From assembly GCA_031256725.1 (NCBI GenBank), contig JAIRQE010000015.1:109149-141148 (forward strand): a DNA stretch of 32,000 nt. The letters run 5' to 3'. Below, piece by piece: positions 24,820-32,000 of this stretch; within the stretch, counting starts at the first letter, position 1; each line of letters opens with the position of its first letter. The DNA is from Propionibacteriaceae bacterium (GTDB lineage: Bacteria > Actinomycetota > Actinomycetes > Propionibacteriales > Propionibacteriaceae). Position numbers and translations under genes: made by a program. The notes below the pieces were generated by a model. It was not told the origin of the DNA. It worked only from the letters and a program-made list of their open reading frames with translations, and did not search any database.

Positions 24820-25901
24820 TGCCTAGGCTGTATCTCACCCAGGACGAACGTGATGAACGTCTCACCGACCTCCATACCAGTATCTCTGAGCAGGTGTCTC
24901 GCCTCACCAGTGAACAAGCATGGAAAGACTATTTGAAAATCGCTGCTCGATTTCATCACTATTCATTTAATAATCAGATGCTGATTATGGTGCAAAACCC
25001 AGAAGCTCGCCATGTAGCTGGCTATAGACGATGGCAACACATGGGCAGACAGGTTCGTAAAGGTGAAACAGGGATAGCAATTCTGGCACCTGTCACGAAA
25101 CGTGAAGTGACCTCAACCCCGTCAGATCCCATGTCCTGGCGTGACTTGGGATACAAAGAGTCCCCCAAACCTGGAGAGGTCACAAGAACAAAAATGGTGT
25201 CAGTGAAAGGCACATTTGTATTCGATTATGACCAAACTGATGGGGACCCTATTGAAGCATTAGAGATACGTAAGCCTCGACTAGTGGAAGGGGCCGCACC
25301 GCATGGATTGTGGGAGTCAGTAGTTGACCTCATCCAGGATCAAGGGTTCACGGTACATGACGTGAACAACTCTGAGGTCATACATGGTGCCAATGGTGTT
25401 ACGGACTTCGCAGATCGTACAGTACAGGTTCGCCGTGATATGGATGCGGCAGCGAGAGTGAAAACTCTCATCCATGAATATGCACATATTGCTCTTGATC
25501 ATGAAAACCGGCGAGATAACGAAGACCTTCATCGAGGCGTTAGCGAAGTCGAAGCCGAATCAGTGGCATACCTAGTCGGAGAAGCCCACGGCATGGACAC
25601 AAGTCAATATTCGATTCCCTATGTCGCTGGATGGGCAGAAACCGTGACCACGGCCACGTCTGTGGAAGATGTGATCAAAGAAACGGGGAGTCGCGTCACG
25701 AAGACTGCGGCAACCATTCTTCAGGCCACTTTCCCCAAGGATACTGTTGAGGAATCCGTGATACACGAAGCGGCCCTTGTCACAGCGGTCACACCGTACC
25801 AGTCAGTGTGTGCTCACCCTGTTGGAACGCCCCAGGCCATGACCTCAAGTACTAGTACGTCCTTGACCTCACCTCGCAAAACGAAAGGCAGGACACGATG
25901 A
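24819..25901 (+). CDS. ardC: ArdC-type antirestriction protein (ssDNA-binding N-domain + HExxH metalloprotease domain) with an extra ~45-aa C-terminal tail
   Basis: The N-domain is YSFNNQMLIMVQNPEARHVAGYRRWQHMGRQVRKGETGIAILAP. The protease motif is LIHEYAHIALDH. The tail is TPYQSVCAHPVGTPQAMTSSTSTSLTSPRKTKGRTR. Confidence 0.85.
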   Translation: MPRLYLTQDERDERLTDLHTSISEQVSRLTSEQAWKDYLKIAARFHHYSFNNQMLIMVQNPEARHVAGYRRWQHMGRQVRKGETGIAILAPVTKREVTSTPSDPMSWRDLGYKESPKPGEVTRTKMVSVKGTFVFDYDQTDGDPIEALEIRKPRLVEGAAPHGLWESVVDLIQDQGFTVHDVNNSEVIHGANGVTDFADRTVQVRRDMDAAARVKTLIHEYAHIALDHENRRDNEDLHRGVSEVEAESVAYLVGEAHGMDTSQYSIPYVAGWAETVTTATSVEDVIKETGSRVTKTAATILQATFPKDTVEESVIHEAALVTAVTPYQSVCAHPVGTPQAMTSSTSTSLTSPRKTKGRTR

Positions 25902-27040
25902 TCACCTGGCAAGATACCCGGGAAGAACTCTTAGCATGTCTCCCAAGTCAAGAACAGTTGAGTGCTATACGAACAGTGTCTCGCACTTACACTCCTGAGG
26001 GGCAACTGACGGATGGAGACCGTCAACAACTTCTCGTAGATGCGGAAACTCTCGCAACAGTACTGGGTACAGATTGGGAACTTCTCAATACTGGTGACCC
26101 TCTCACAAAAATGATTGCTCAACGAGCTAATCGGGAAACTCTTCGACATACGACTCCACAAGGCGTGGTTGATGCACTCATAGCTGCAAGCCGTTGGGCT
26201 GATGCGAACCTTCCTGGTACGTCTGCTCTGGCACGAGAAGCGAAGTCTGCCCAAGAGTTCATCTGCACAGAACTACGACGCTATTGGGGTATTGATCTGC
26301 AGGATCGCGGTTTAGACCCCAACCACGTTCGTTACGAGCAACGAAATCAGGATGTCACGCATCTAGAGTGGCCGCTTAAATCCACATCACCTGGAATGAC
26401 GTCATGGTGGGAAGAATCCTCAACTGAGGACAAGATTGTTGCTTGGGAAAGCGTGCTTGAAGGCCGCTCGGATATATGGACAGAAGAGCTTCTTCGTGCA
26501 CAGTTCGCGCTGCGGTACGACATTGATTACCCTACTCTTGATGAAGTTGAACACTATGAAAGTATTATCGAGTGGGAAAACACTCTGAACAGGGGGCGCA
26601 CCTATTGGTTTATGGGTGGGGCTGCTGATCGGGTTAAAGACTGGGCAGATTCTAAGGGCCTTGAACCAAATCCTGATCATCCAAATCATTACAGGGAGGA
26701 TCATTACGAAGGCCAACATGAGATAACTGTGTTTATTGACACAGGAACTCCAGATAATGAACTCCGACAAGAATTGATTGCTTTCGTCAATGCCAATCTC
26801 ACACCCAGGGAACGACTTGGCGTCATTGATCCAATGACTGGGGCCGCCTCTGTTGTCGCAGTTGATAGTACGCATCCTCCGCAAGCAGTTCTGTCATCAT
26901 CTGTCACTGAGCTGCAGCTTGTACAAGCATACCAATCCGTGTGTGGTGCCCCTATTGTAGGCCGGGCTGCGTCAGTACATACTCAACCCGGAGTTGCGCC
27001 GACTATGCAGCTATCACAGGTTCGTAGGAGTACATCATGA
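25898..27040 (+). CDS. 380-aa protein of unknown function, paralog 1 (WW..ST.ED / RYDID motifs, YQSVC tail)
   Basis: It has an ATGA overlap with ardC. It shares its N-terminal ~215 aa and the C-terminal cassette with 27252..28394. Shared motifs: RRYWGIDL, SWWEESSTEDKIVAW, ALRYDID. Confidence 0.7.
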   Translation: MITWQDTREELLACLPSQEQLSAIRTVSRTYTPEGQLTDGDRQQLLVDAETLATVLGTDWELLNTGDPLTKMIAQRANRETLRHTTPQGVVDALIAASRWADANLPGTSALAREAKSAQEFICTELRRYWGIDLQDRGLDPNHVRYEQRNQDVTHLEWPLKSTSPGMTSWWEESSTEDKIVAWESVLEGRSDIWTEELLRAQFALRYDIDYPTLDEVEHYESIIEWENTLNRGRTYWFMGGAADRVKDWADSKGLEPNPDHPNHYREDHYEGQHEITVFIDTGTPDNELRQELIAFVNANLTPRERLGVIDPMTGAASVVAVDSTHPPQAVLSSSVTELQLVQAYQSVCGAPIVGRAASVHTQPGVAPTMQLSQVRRSTS

Positions 27041-27255
27041 GTGAACGGACGGGATTGTTAGCCATGGTCCAAGCTGATTCTTCCATGGTCCGTGGCGGCG
27101 TCCTTAGTATTGATATCGAATTCGCAGATTCTGACACTCGCCTCCAGTCGAATCCCATAGTTTCCCAGCAACCCAAGCTCAACCTCACTCTCATCCAGGG
27201 CATCTCGTTCCCAGCGCGTAATTCTCACACGGCAGCCGAGAGGAGAAATCAATGA
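27037..27255 (+). CDS. 72-aa protein of unknown function
   Basis: ATGA overlaps at both its start (27037-27040) and its end (27252-27255) tie it into the coupled gene chain. I see no motif. Confidence 0.5.
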   Translation: MSERTGLLAMVQADSSMVRGGVLSIDIEFADSDTRLQSNPIVSQQPKLNLTLIQGISFPARNSHTAAERRNQ

Positions 27256-28394
27256 CAACAGATTGGGAAGCTGATAGTCGCCAGCTTGCACACTTGCTAC
27301 CAACCTTTGACAGCATCATGGCCGTCCGTGACACTGGGGCATGGATCACTCCTGGAGCGCCGTGGAGAGCTAATGATTCGAAACAGTTACGTGCAGCGAG
27401 AACCCGGGTCGCTGCGATACTTGGGACACGCTGGCTCACATCAGGACATAGTTGGGATGGTGAAGACACTGCCACACTAAGGGCCCGGACTCCGCAAGAT
27501 GTCGCCGATATTCTCACCTCAACCATGCCATACGCTTACGCGTCGGGATTCGGAACAGAGCCACTCTCCCAACTTCACTACATTATTGAAAGAAACTTGA
27601 AAAACTATTGGGGAATAGATGTGAGTGAACTGGACTCAACCTTGTCTGCACCGAGTCATGTACGTAGCGCTGCGCGTGCCTTTGAAGTAGAAGAAGCCAG
27701 GGCAGAACGATTCGAATATGAATGGAATCGTCAAACAGGAGGGGATCCAACCTGCCCAGATCTGGGCTACCTCTTCACGCCGCAATGGTGGGAAACAGCT
27801 ACCGCTGAAGACATCCGGGAAGCCCGGCAAGAAGCCCTCCTGTACAAAGGAATCTCAACCCGACCTATCAACATGATCGAAGCCGAACTAGCTCACCGAT
27901 ATGGCATGGACGACACTCGTGCGAACGCCGATATCGCAGCAGTCATGCCCACACAGTCTGCTCCTCAACGCAACTATGTGGAAATTGTTATGATTCACGG
28001 TGACCAAGCAGCTCCCATCCTGGAATGGATCACCGACCAAAATTTCGAACGAGCATTCGAATACCTCGGGCAGTGGGATTACGGAGAAACCTCAGATCAA
28101 ACAGCCCACACAAGCGACACACTCAATCAACAACCCTGGGATGACGCAGAAGACTACACTCGTGAATTTCACACCCCAGGCCCTGAACCATTGCACTACA
28201 TCATGAACTGGAACCATCAACGTAGTTATGTAGGTCTCACCAGAATAGGGGTCATGGCCACATCCATTCCAACCACGCCAGTGGTCCCGTATCAATCAGT
28301 GTGCGCACTACCAGTCAGTGCGAGCATCCCCACATCGTCTTCCCCCACTCCAACCAGCCCATCAACACGACCATCTATGGGCCGGACGCGCTGA
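27252..28394 (+). CDS. 380-aa protein of unknown function, paralog 2 (WW..AT.EDI / RYGMD motifs, YQSVC tail)
   Basis: Motifs KNYWGIDV, QWWETATAEDIREA and AHRYGMD. The tail is VPYQSVCALPVSASIPTSSSPTPTSPSTRPSMGRTR. It is the same length as paralog 1. Confidence 0.7.
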   Translation: MTTDWEADSRQLAHLLPTFDSIMAVRDTGAWITPGAPWRANDSKQLRAARTRVAAILGTRWLTSGHSWDGEDTATLRARTPQDVADILTSTMPYAYASGFGTEPLSQLHYIIERNLKNYWGIDVSELDSTLSAPSHVRSAARAFEVEEARAERFEYEWNRQTGGDPTCPDLGYLFTPQWWETATAEDIREARQEALLYKGISTRPINMIEAELAHRYGMDDTRANADIAAVMPTQSAPQRNYVEIVMIHGDQAAPILEWITDQNFERAFEYLGQWDYGETSDQTAHTSDTLNQQPWDDAEDYTREFHTPGPEPLHYIMNWNHQRSYVGLTRIGVMATSIPTTPVVPYQSVCALPVSASIPTSSSPTPTSPSTRPSMGRTR

Positions 28395-28408
28395 AAGGAA
28401 ACAAAATC

Positions 28409-29128
28409 ATGCCAGACCTCGACAATGACGGTATCGACGACGCTATCGAAGGCCAAGTCCGAATCATGATGGGTGTCGCCACCCAAATCGGTGAACGCAT
28501 TGCCCGCAGCAGAGAACAACAACTCTACGCCGCAACTCAACGCTCCCACACCGAGGGCCAACGTGCAGCCCGGCAGGTCAAAGCCCTCAACGTGACTGCC
28601 CGTTACCATATGACCAGCATCTATAAAGATCAATGGTGGGACACCGCAACGGCTGACGACATCAGCCAGGCATGGGCAATTGCGTCGTCCTGGCCAGATG
28701 ACCCGGAAATGGTTCGTGCCCACAATCACTTGGCCACTACGGTTGAATCGAGATACGGATTCGATCCTCGAACGGTTCAGCTCAACCATATCACTCAGCA
28801 ACTCCAAACCCATATGCAATCCATGGAACAACAATTAGCTGAGGCTGAGTTAAAAACTCTTCAAGGTGCAGCCATCACAACGGAGGAAAATCATATGGAT
28901 CCTCCGAAACCGTTGGCGTGGGACTCCACCGAACGTAAGGACCGAGACCGGCAAGCCATGAAAGATGCCGGTGTCAGTTCCCACCATATTTGGGTCAAAG
29001 AAACCGCTGATGTGTGGCACGGGCCGCCATCTGACGCAGCCCTCCACCCAGACAAAGGTCAAGGTGGTCAAGGCCACGCTCGATCTCGAAAACAATCTAA
29101 GAAACGGGCTCTGCGACGCAAGCAGTAA
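28409..29128 (+). CDS. 239-aa helical/charged protein sharing the WWD.ATADDI / RYGFD motif; strongly basic C-terminus
   Basis: ORF 28301..29128 trimmed to ATG 28409, which has an AAAGGA RBS 9 nt upstream and does not overlap the previous gene. Motifs: QWWDTATADDISQAW...ESRYGFDP. It ends ARSRKQSKKRALRRKQ. Confidence 0.65.
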   Translation: MPDLDNDGIDDAIEGQVRIMMGVATQIGERIARSREQQLYAATQRSHTEGQRAARQVKALNVTARYHMTSIYKDQWWDTATADDISQAWAIASSWPDDPEMVRAHNHLATTVESRYGFDPRTVQLNHITQQLQTHMQSMEQQLAEAELKTLQGAAITTEENHMDPPKPLAWDSTERKDRDRQAMKDAGVSSHHIWVKETADVWHGPPSDAALHPDKGQGGQGHARSRKQSKKRALRRKQ

Positions 29129-29152
29129 CAGAAACGAGGGTGCCTCAACGCG

Positions 29153-29632
29153 CTACTGCGACTCAGCGGCTTCAGCAGCTGCAAGACGATCCCCGATAGT
29201 TTCTTTGGAAAACATCCCCAGTGGTGGTGCGATCACAGGTAACGGCTCACCCTGAGTTACCTGATCAGAATAATTGTAGCCATACGCGTACAGTGGCCCC
29301 TCAGGAGCTAGAATCAACGTCATATGGTAGTCCACATGCTCCTTCAACCAAATACTCATCGCGGGACCAGATTCCAGGCGGGCTGACTCAAAAGCACGCC
29401 ACATCGCCTCCATTCGAATCACCACTTCAGCAGAATCAAACCAACGCGAAGTCCACATAGAATTACGACCATCAACCTTGCGGACATACCAGCTTGCTAA
29501 CCACTCTACGAATTGGTTAAGCGTCTCATGCATCGGTGGGGGACCCCCTTCAGCCGGAGCATTCAAATCAACAACTGGTTCGACTTCATGCCCATGTTCG
29601 CGTGGTTCATCTGGAAGTCCGGCAATAGTCAT
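29153..29632 (-). CDS. DUF4913-like protein (common partner of actinobacterial T4SS relaxase/T4CP genes)
   Basis: FVEWLASWYVRKVDGRNSMWTSRWFDSAEVVIRMEAMWRAFESARLESGPAMSIWLKEHVDYHMTLILAPEGPL matches the DUF4913 pattern as I remember it. The start is set to ATG 29632, which forms an ATGA overlap with the relaxase stop. Confidence 0.75.
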   Translation of the reverse strand: MTIAGLPDEPREHGHEVEPVVDLNAPAEGGPPPMHETLNQFVEWLASWYVRKVDGRNSMWTSRWFDSAEVVIRMEAMWRAFESARLESGPAMSIWLKEHVDYHMTLILAPEGPLYAYGYNYSDQVTQGEPLPVIAPPLGMFSKETIGDRLAAAEAAESQ

Positions 29633-31320
29633 CGTTTCAGTTCCCTTCTCTGTTGGGGATTCTGAGCCGGGGGCTTCGACAGTTGTGGCGCTGAAGGCGC
29701 TGGTTGTCCAGTACGCTGACGAGCCGCCCACTCTGCACCAATAGCAGTCACTGGCTTCGCAAACGGAGACACATATTGACGGTACTGAGACCGAGTGTTC
29801 ATCGTAGAATACGCATACTCCAAGTCAGATTTCCATACCAGTTCAAGCCGCTTCGCCTGCTCAAATTCACGTCGCGCTGCAGCTGCTTTCGCCACGGCTC
29901 GTGTCAACGCCATCATCGACTGCAGCACCAACATATATGACCCGATACCCTCACCCTTAGCAGCGATCAACAAACCCACACGAGCTGCACTGATCAACCC
30001 TGTGAGATTCACCCGAGGCTGTGATTGAGGTTCCTTCAATGTTTGAGCAGAGATCCCCACAGCATGAGCAGCATGAGCAAGAGGACCCGGTTCTGGCTCC
30101 GTCGCCCGACTCATACTCCACAGCACTCCTGAACATTGCCGAGCTACAACAGCCCATGCATCCACATCATGAGGATCCACAAACCGCAGCGCGTCGATCA
30201 CCTCAATTAACCGCTCTTCAAGATCCCAGGCAGTCTCCACCACAGTCTCATCGACTACACCAGTAATGCGTTTCCCTGCTCCAGCAACCGTCCACGCGGC
30301 TACCGTCAACTCCTGCTGTGAATCCCGCTCGCCCCATCCTTGACGTAACCGAGGAAGAGTCAAATCATTACCTAACCGAATCCCCGAAAAGAACACAGGC
30401 TTCTCACCAGGAACAGGAGGCAACGCAACCGAATACCCCTCAACACTACTCATCCCACCCTTTGCAAACCGAGGGCGAACCCACACTCCCTGCTCACGAA
30501 TACGATGAACAAACTCCAACTCACTCTGTGATGAAACAGCACACTGACGAACAACCCCAGCCAGTCGATACCGGGGGATCCACACCTTCAACTCTTCACT
30601 CAACAACTGGTATTGATGCTCACGGGACAACGCATCCCACTTCACATTCACCATGCCACCAAGTGAAGAATTCCCTAAACCATTCTCGTAACGAGAACGA
30701 GCAGAAACCCACGCCTGGGCCTCCACCTTAGCTCTCTCAGCCTGACTGTATCCTTTCAACGAACGCCCCATTTCACGGCCCTCAACACTCTCCAACCCAT
30801 GCCGCAACTCAATCACACGAGCCGCCGCCTGAGCACGAGCATAATCACAATGAACGTTCGCAACCCGACCATCATCATGAACCAAATTCACCACAATATG
30901 AATATGATCATTCCCAGCCAACGAAGCCCCATGATGGAAAGCAGCCCACCTCAAACCCAACACAGAATCCTCATCAACCACGTCATGCTCAAAACCCATC
31001 TCCACCAAAAACTCCCGAGCAATCTCAGCCCACTCTCCATCATCAATCTGACGATCCGTATGCTTAATATTCAACGAGCAATGCCACACATGCCCATCCT
31101 TCACAGTCTTCTCATGATGACGCCGGGGCCGATCCAACCACTTCGCCATAGCAATCGCATCATCACGACCAAGATCATGACAACGAACACCCCACTTCGC
31201 CACCACAAAATCACTCCCAGAAATCAACCGCTGATCATAATGCTCATTATGCTTACCCTCACCCAACGCATAAACAATAATCCCCGTCATACGATCCCCA
31301 CGAGTCACATTCGGAATCAC
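29629..31320 (-). CDS. Relaxase/mobilization nuclease (MobA/VirD2 family, MOBP-like)
   Basis: The N-terminus is (M)IPNVTRG...GIIVYALGEGKHNEH, and the histidine triad context is HHGASLAGNDHIHIVVN. GTG 31320 (GGAGG 7 nt upstream, GTGA overlap with the mobC stop) is preferred over GTG 31326. Confidence 0.85.
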   Translation of the reverse strand: MIPNVTRGDRMTGIIVYALGEGKHNEHYDQRLISGSDFVVAKWGVRCHDLGRDDAIAMAKWLDRPRRHHEKTVKDGHVWHCSLNIKHTDRQIDDGEWAEIAREFLVEMGFEHDVVDEDSVLGLRWAAFHHGASLAGNDHIHIVVNLVHDDGRVANVHCDYARAQAAARVIELRHGLESVEGREMGRSLKGYSQAERAKVEAQAWVSARSRYENGLGNSSLGGMVNVKWDALSREHQYQLLSEELKVWIPRYRLAGVVRQCAVSSQSELEFVHRIREQGVWVRPRFAKGGMSSVEGYSVALPPVPGEKPVFFSGIRLGNDLTLPRLRQGWGERDSQQELTVAAWTVAGAGKRITGVVDETVVETAWDLEERLIEVIDALRFVDPHDVDAWAVVARQCSGVLWSMSRATEPEPGPLAHAAHAVGISAQTLKEPQSQPRVNLTGLISAARVGLLIAAKGEGIGSYMLVLQSMMALTRAVAKAAAARREFEQAKRLELVWKSDLEYAYSTMNTRSQYRQYVSPFAKPVTAIGAEWAARQRTGQPAPSAPQLSKPPAQNPQQRRELKR

Positions 31321-31706
31321 AACCACACCTCCATCAAGCGCTCTTCAATGTCATCCAACGACATCGCATGCCCCACACAATAAGCCCTCCACGACTCCAA
31401 CACTGCCTCATCAAACTCCCCAGTACCATGCAACCGCTTCGCGATCTGATTCACATTATTCGCAACATTCGCCATCAACCGCGACAACCGTGCCAACTCA
31501 CTCAACACCACGATCTTCTCATCCCGCGACATCCCACCAGACTGAGGTGACAGGACAGCATCAATCATCAATCGAGGAACACTCACCTGAGCAGTCTCAG
31601 CCAACTCTCTCAACACCAATTCCTGATCCTCAGACACAGTAACCCGATGAGAAAACTGCCGCCCACCCTTCACATTCGCCTGCCGTCTTCGACCAATCTT
31701 CAACAC
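31317..31706 (-). CDS. mobC: MobC-family relaxosome accessory protein (RHH-like)
   Basis: RVTVSEDQELVLRELAETAQVSVPRLM is RHH-like, and ELARLSRLMANVANNVNQIAKRLH is the MobC signature. GTG 31706 lies 9 nt after a GAAGGAGG RBS, whereas GTG 31715 directly abuts that RBS. Confidence 0.8.
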   Translation of the reverse strand: MLKIGRRRQANVKGGRQFSHRVTVSEDQELVLRELAETAQVSVPRLMIDAVLSPQSGGMSRDEKIVVLSELARLSRLMANVANNVNQIAKRLHGTGEFDEAVLESWRAYCVGHAMSLDDIEERLMEVWL

Positions 31707-31715
31707 AATACACAC

Positions 31716-31943
31716 CTCCTTCGCCTAGCGCAGCGACCCCACCAGGGGATTCAACACAACAAGAATACCGCAGCGAACAGCGAGGATCAAGACTTATGGC
31801 ACATAAGTCTATAGCTTGCTCTGTCTAGGACACGATATTCTGAATCTTACGACGGCTAGGCGTAAGATTCGCGAGGAAAAACATCTAACACATTTTATGT
31901 GTTGGCGGTGTATATTCGGAAAATGAACGCCGCTAACGCGGCG
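31716..31943. promoter_or_regulatory. Candidate oriT / mobC promoter region with four perfect hairpins
   Basis: Four perfect inverted repeats. AGACTTATG/CATAAGTCT (31790-31810, 3-nt loop). GAATCTTACG/CGTAAGATTC (31842-31870, 9-nt loop). AACACAT/ATGTGTT (31887-31903, 3-nt loop). CGCCGC/GCGGCG (31928-31943, 4-nt loop). The region lies directly upstream of mobC-relaxase. Confidence 0.5.
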
Positions 31944-32000
31944 CAAGCAATAATAAGAGACTGTGATGATACAGTAAGCTTGTTAGCATGACAACAGATG

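Larger units (their letters stand above)
8085..32000. mobile_element. T4SS-type integrative conjugative element inserted at the 3' end of tRNA-Arg; right end lies beyond the window
   Basis: From the tRNA 3' end onward the gene content switches abruptly from housekeeping to conjugation genes. These include regulator, Rep-like, adhesin, hydrolase, VirB2/B6/B4/D4-like, ArdC, DUF4913, relaxase and MobC. Long runs of 1-4 nt start/stop overlaps link them. Confidence 0.85.

Noticed and set aside
28292-28834. 180-aa minus-strand ORF antisense to 28409..29128
   Set aside because: It overlaps two plus-strand genes that are supported by shared family motifs. It has no motif, no RBS context and no coupling to neighbours.
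482-29731. Upstream-extended starts given by the ORF track (482, 5120, 8456, 17784, 20989, 22515, 28301, 29731, 31326, 31715)
   Set aside because: In each case an internal ATG/GTG gives a family-typical N-terminus, a proper RBS spacing or a 1-4 nt overlap with the upstream stop. The extensions overlap neighbouring genes or structured RNA. The starts remain predictions.
29704-31383. Several plus-strand ORFs (e.g. 30318..30731, 30799..31383) opposite the relaxase
   Set aside because: Their His/Pro/Thr/Asn/Gln-rich low-complexity translations come from the strongly C/A-skewed non-coding strand. The minus-strand frame carries the relaxase motifs.
31782-31789. nic site assignment (GATCCTCG on the minus strand resembling the MOBP YATCCTG core)
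   Set aside because: It is a single weak 6/7-type match with no flanking inverted repeat in the expected position. That is not enough to call nic.
8085-32000. Integrase, toxin-antitoxin or known defence-system genes within the visible ICE
   Set aside because: I looked for tyrosine/serine recombinase, DDE, nuclease/helicase/methylase and TA-like motifs among all ORFs and saw none apart from ArdC. Absence by eye is not proof and needs profile searches.

Overview
This window looks like a moderate-GC (roughly 50-55% by eye) actinobacterial chromosome; I cannot assign a species without a database search. Positions 1-8 kb are chromosomal backbone. They hold a ~530-nt ORF-poor leader with a long perfect hairpin, then ispE, a 518-aa polytopic membrane protein, argS, an M18 aminopeptidase and an A24 prepilin peptidase. 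A 5'-truncated IS256-family transposase remnant follows and abuts tRNA-Arg(ACG). From the 3' end of that tRNA (~8085) to the window end (at least 24 kb, right junction not visible) lies a T4SS-type integrative conjugative element (ICE). Its parts, in order: a divergent XRE / excisionase-like control region; an HTH_36 Rep-like gene with an internal iteron-like GGTACC repeat array; a membrane S/T/P-rich protein; a 1220-aa six-repeat wall-anchored adhesin; an SLT+M23 cell-wall hydrolase on the opposite strand; a VirB2/TrbC-like pilin; a VirB6/TrbL-like protein; a two-piece VirB4; a two-piece VirD4-type coupling protein; ArdC; a family of unknown proteins; DUF4913; a MobA/VirD2-type relaxase; MobC; and a hairpin-rich oriT candidate. 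No integrase, CRISPR array or rRNA is present in the window. The most interesting signals are: (1) ArdC and two 380-aa paralogs, all translationally coupled, end in the same C-terminal cassette (YQSVC plus a fixed-length S/T/P-rich basic tail), which may be a T4SS substrate tag; (2) a modular WW..AT.EDI / RYG.D protein family in three consecutive genes; (3) a five-copy repeat array, including a perfect 24-bp palindrome, inside the Rep-like gene and followed by an AT-rich block; (4) a coupling protein whose TM anchor sits on a separate ORF ending in an Ig-like domain; (5) a 53-nt element conserved in two backbone intergenic regions. All functional calls rest on motif recognition by eye; no searches were run.
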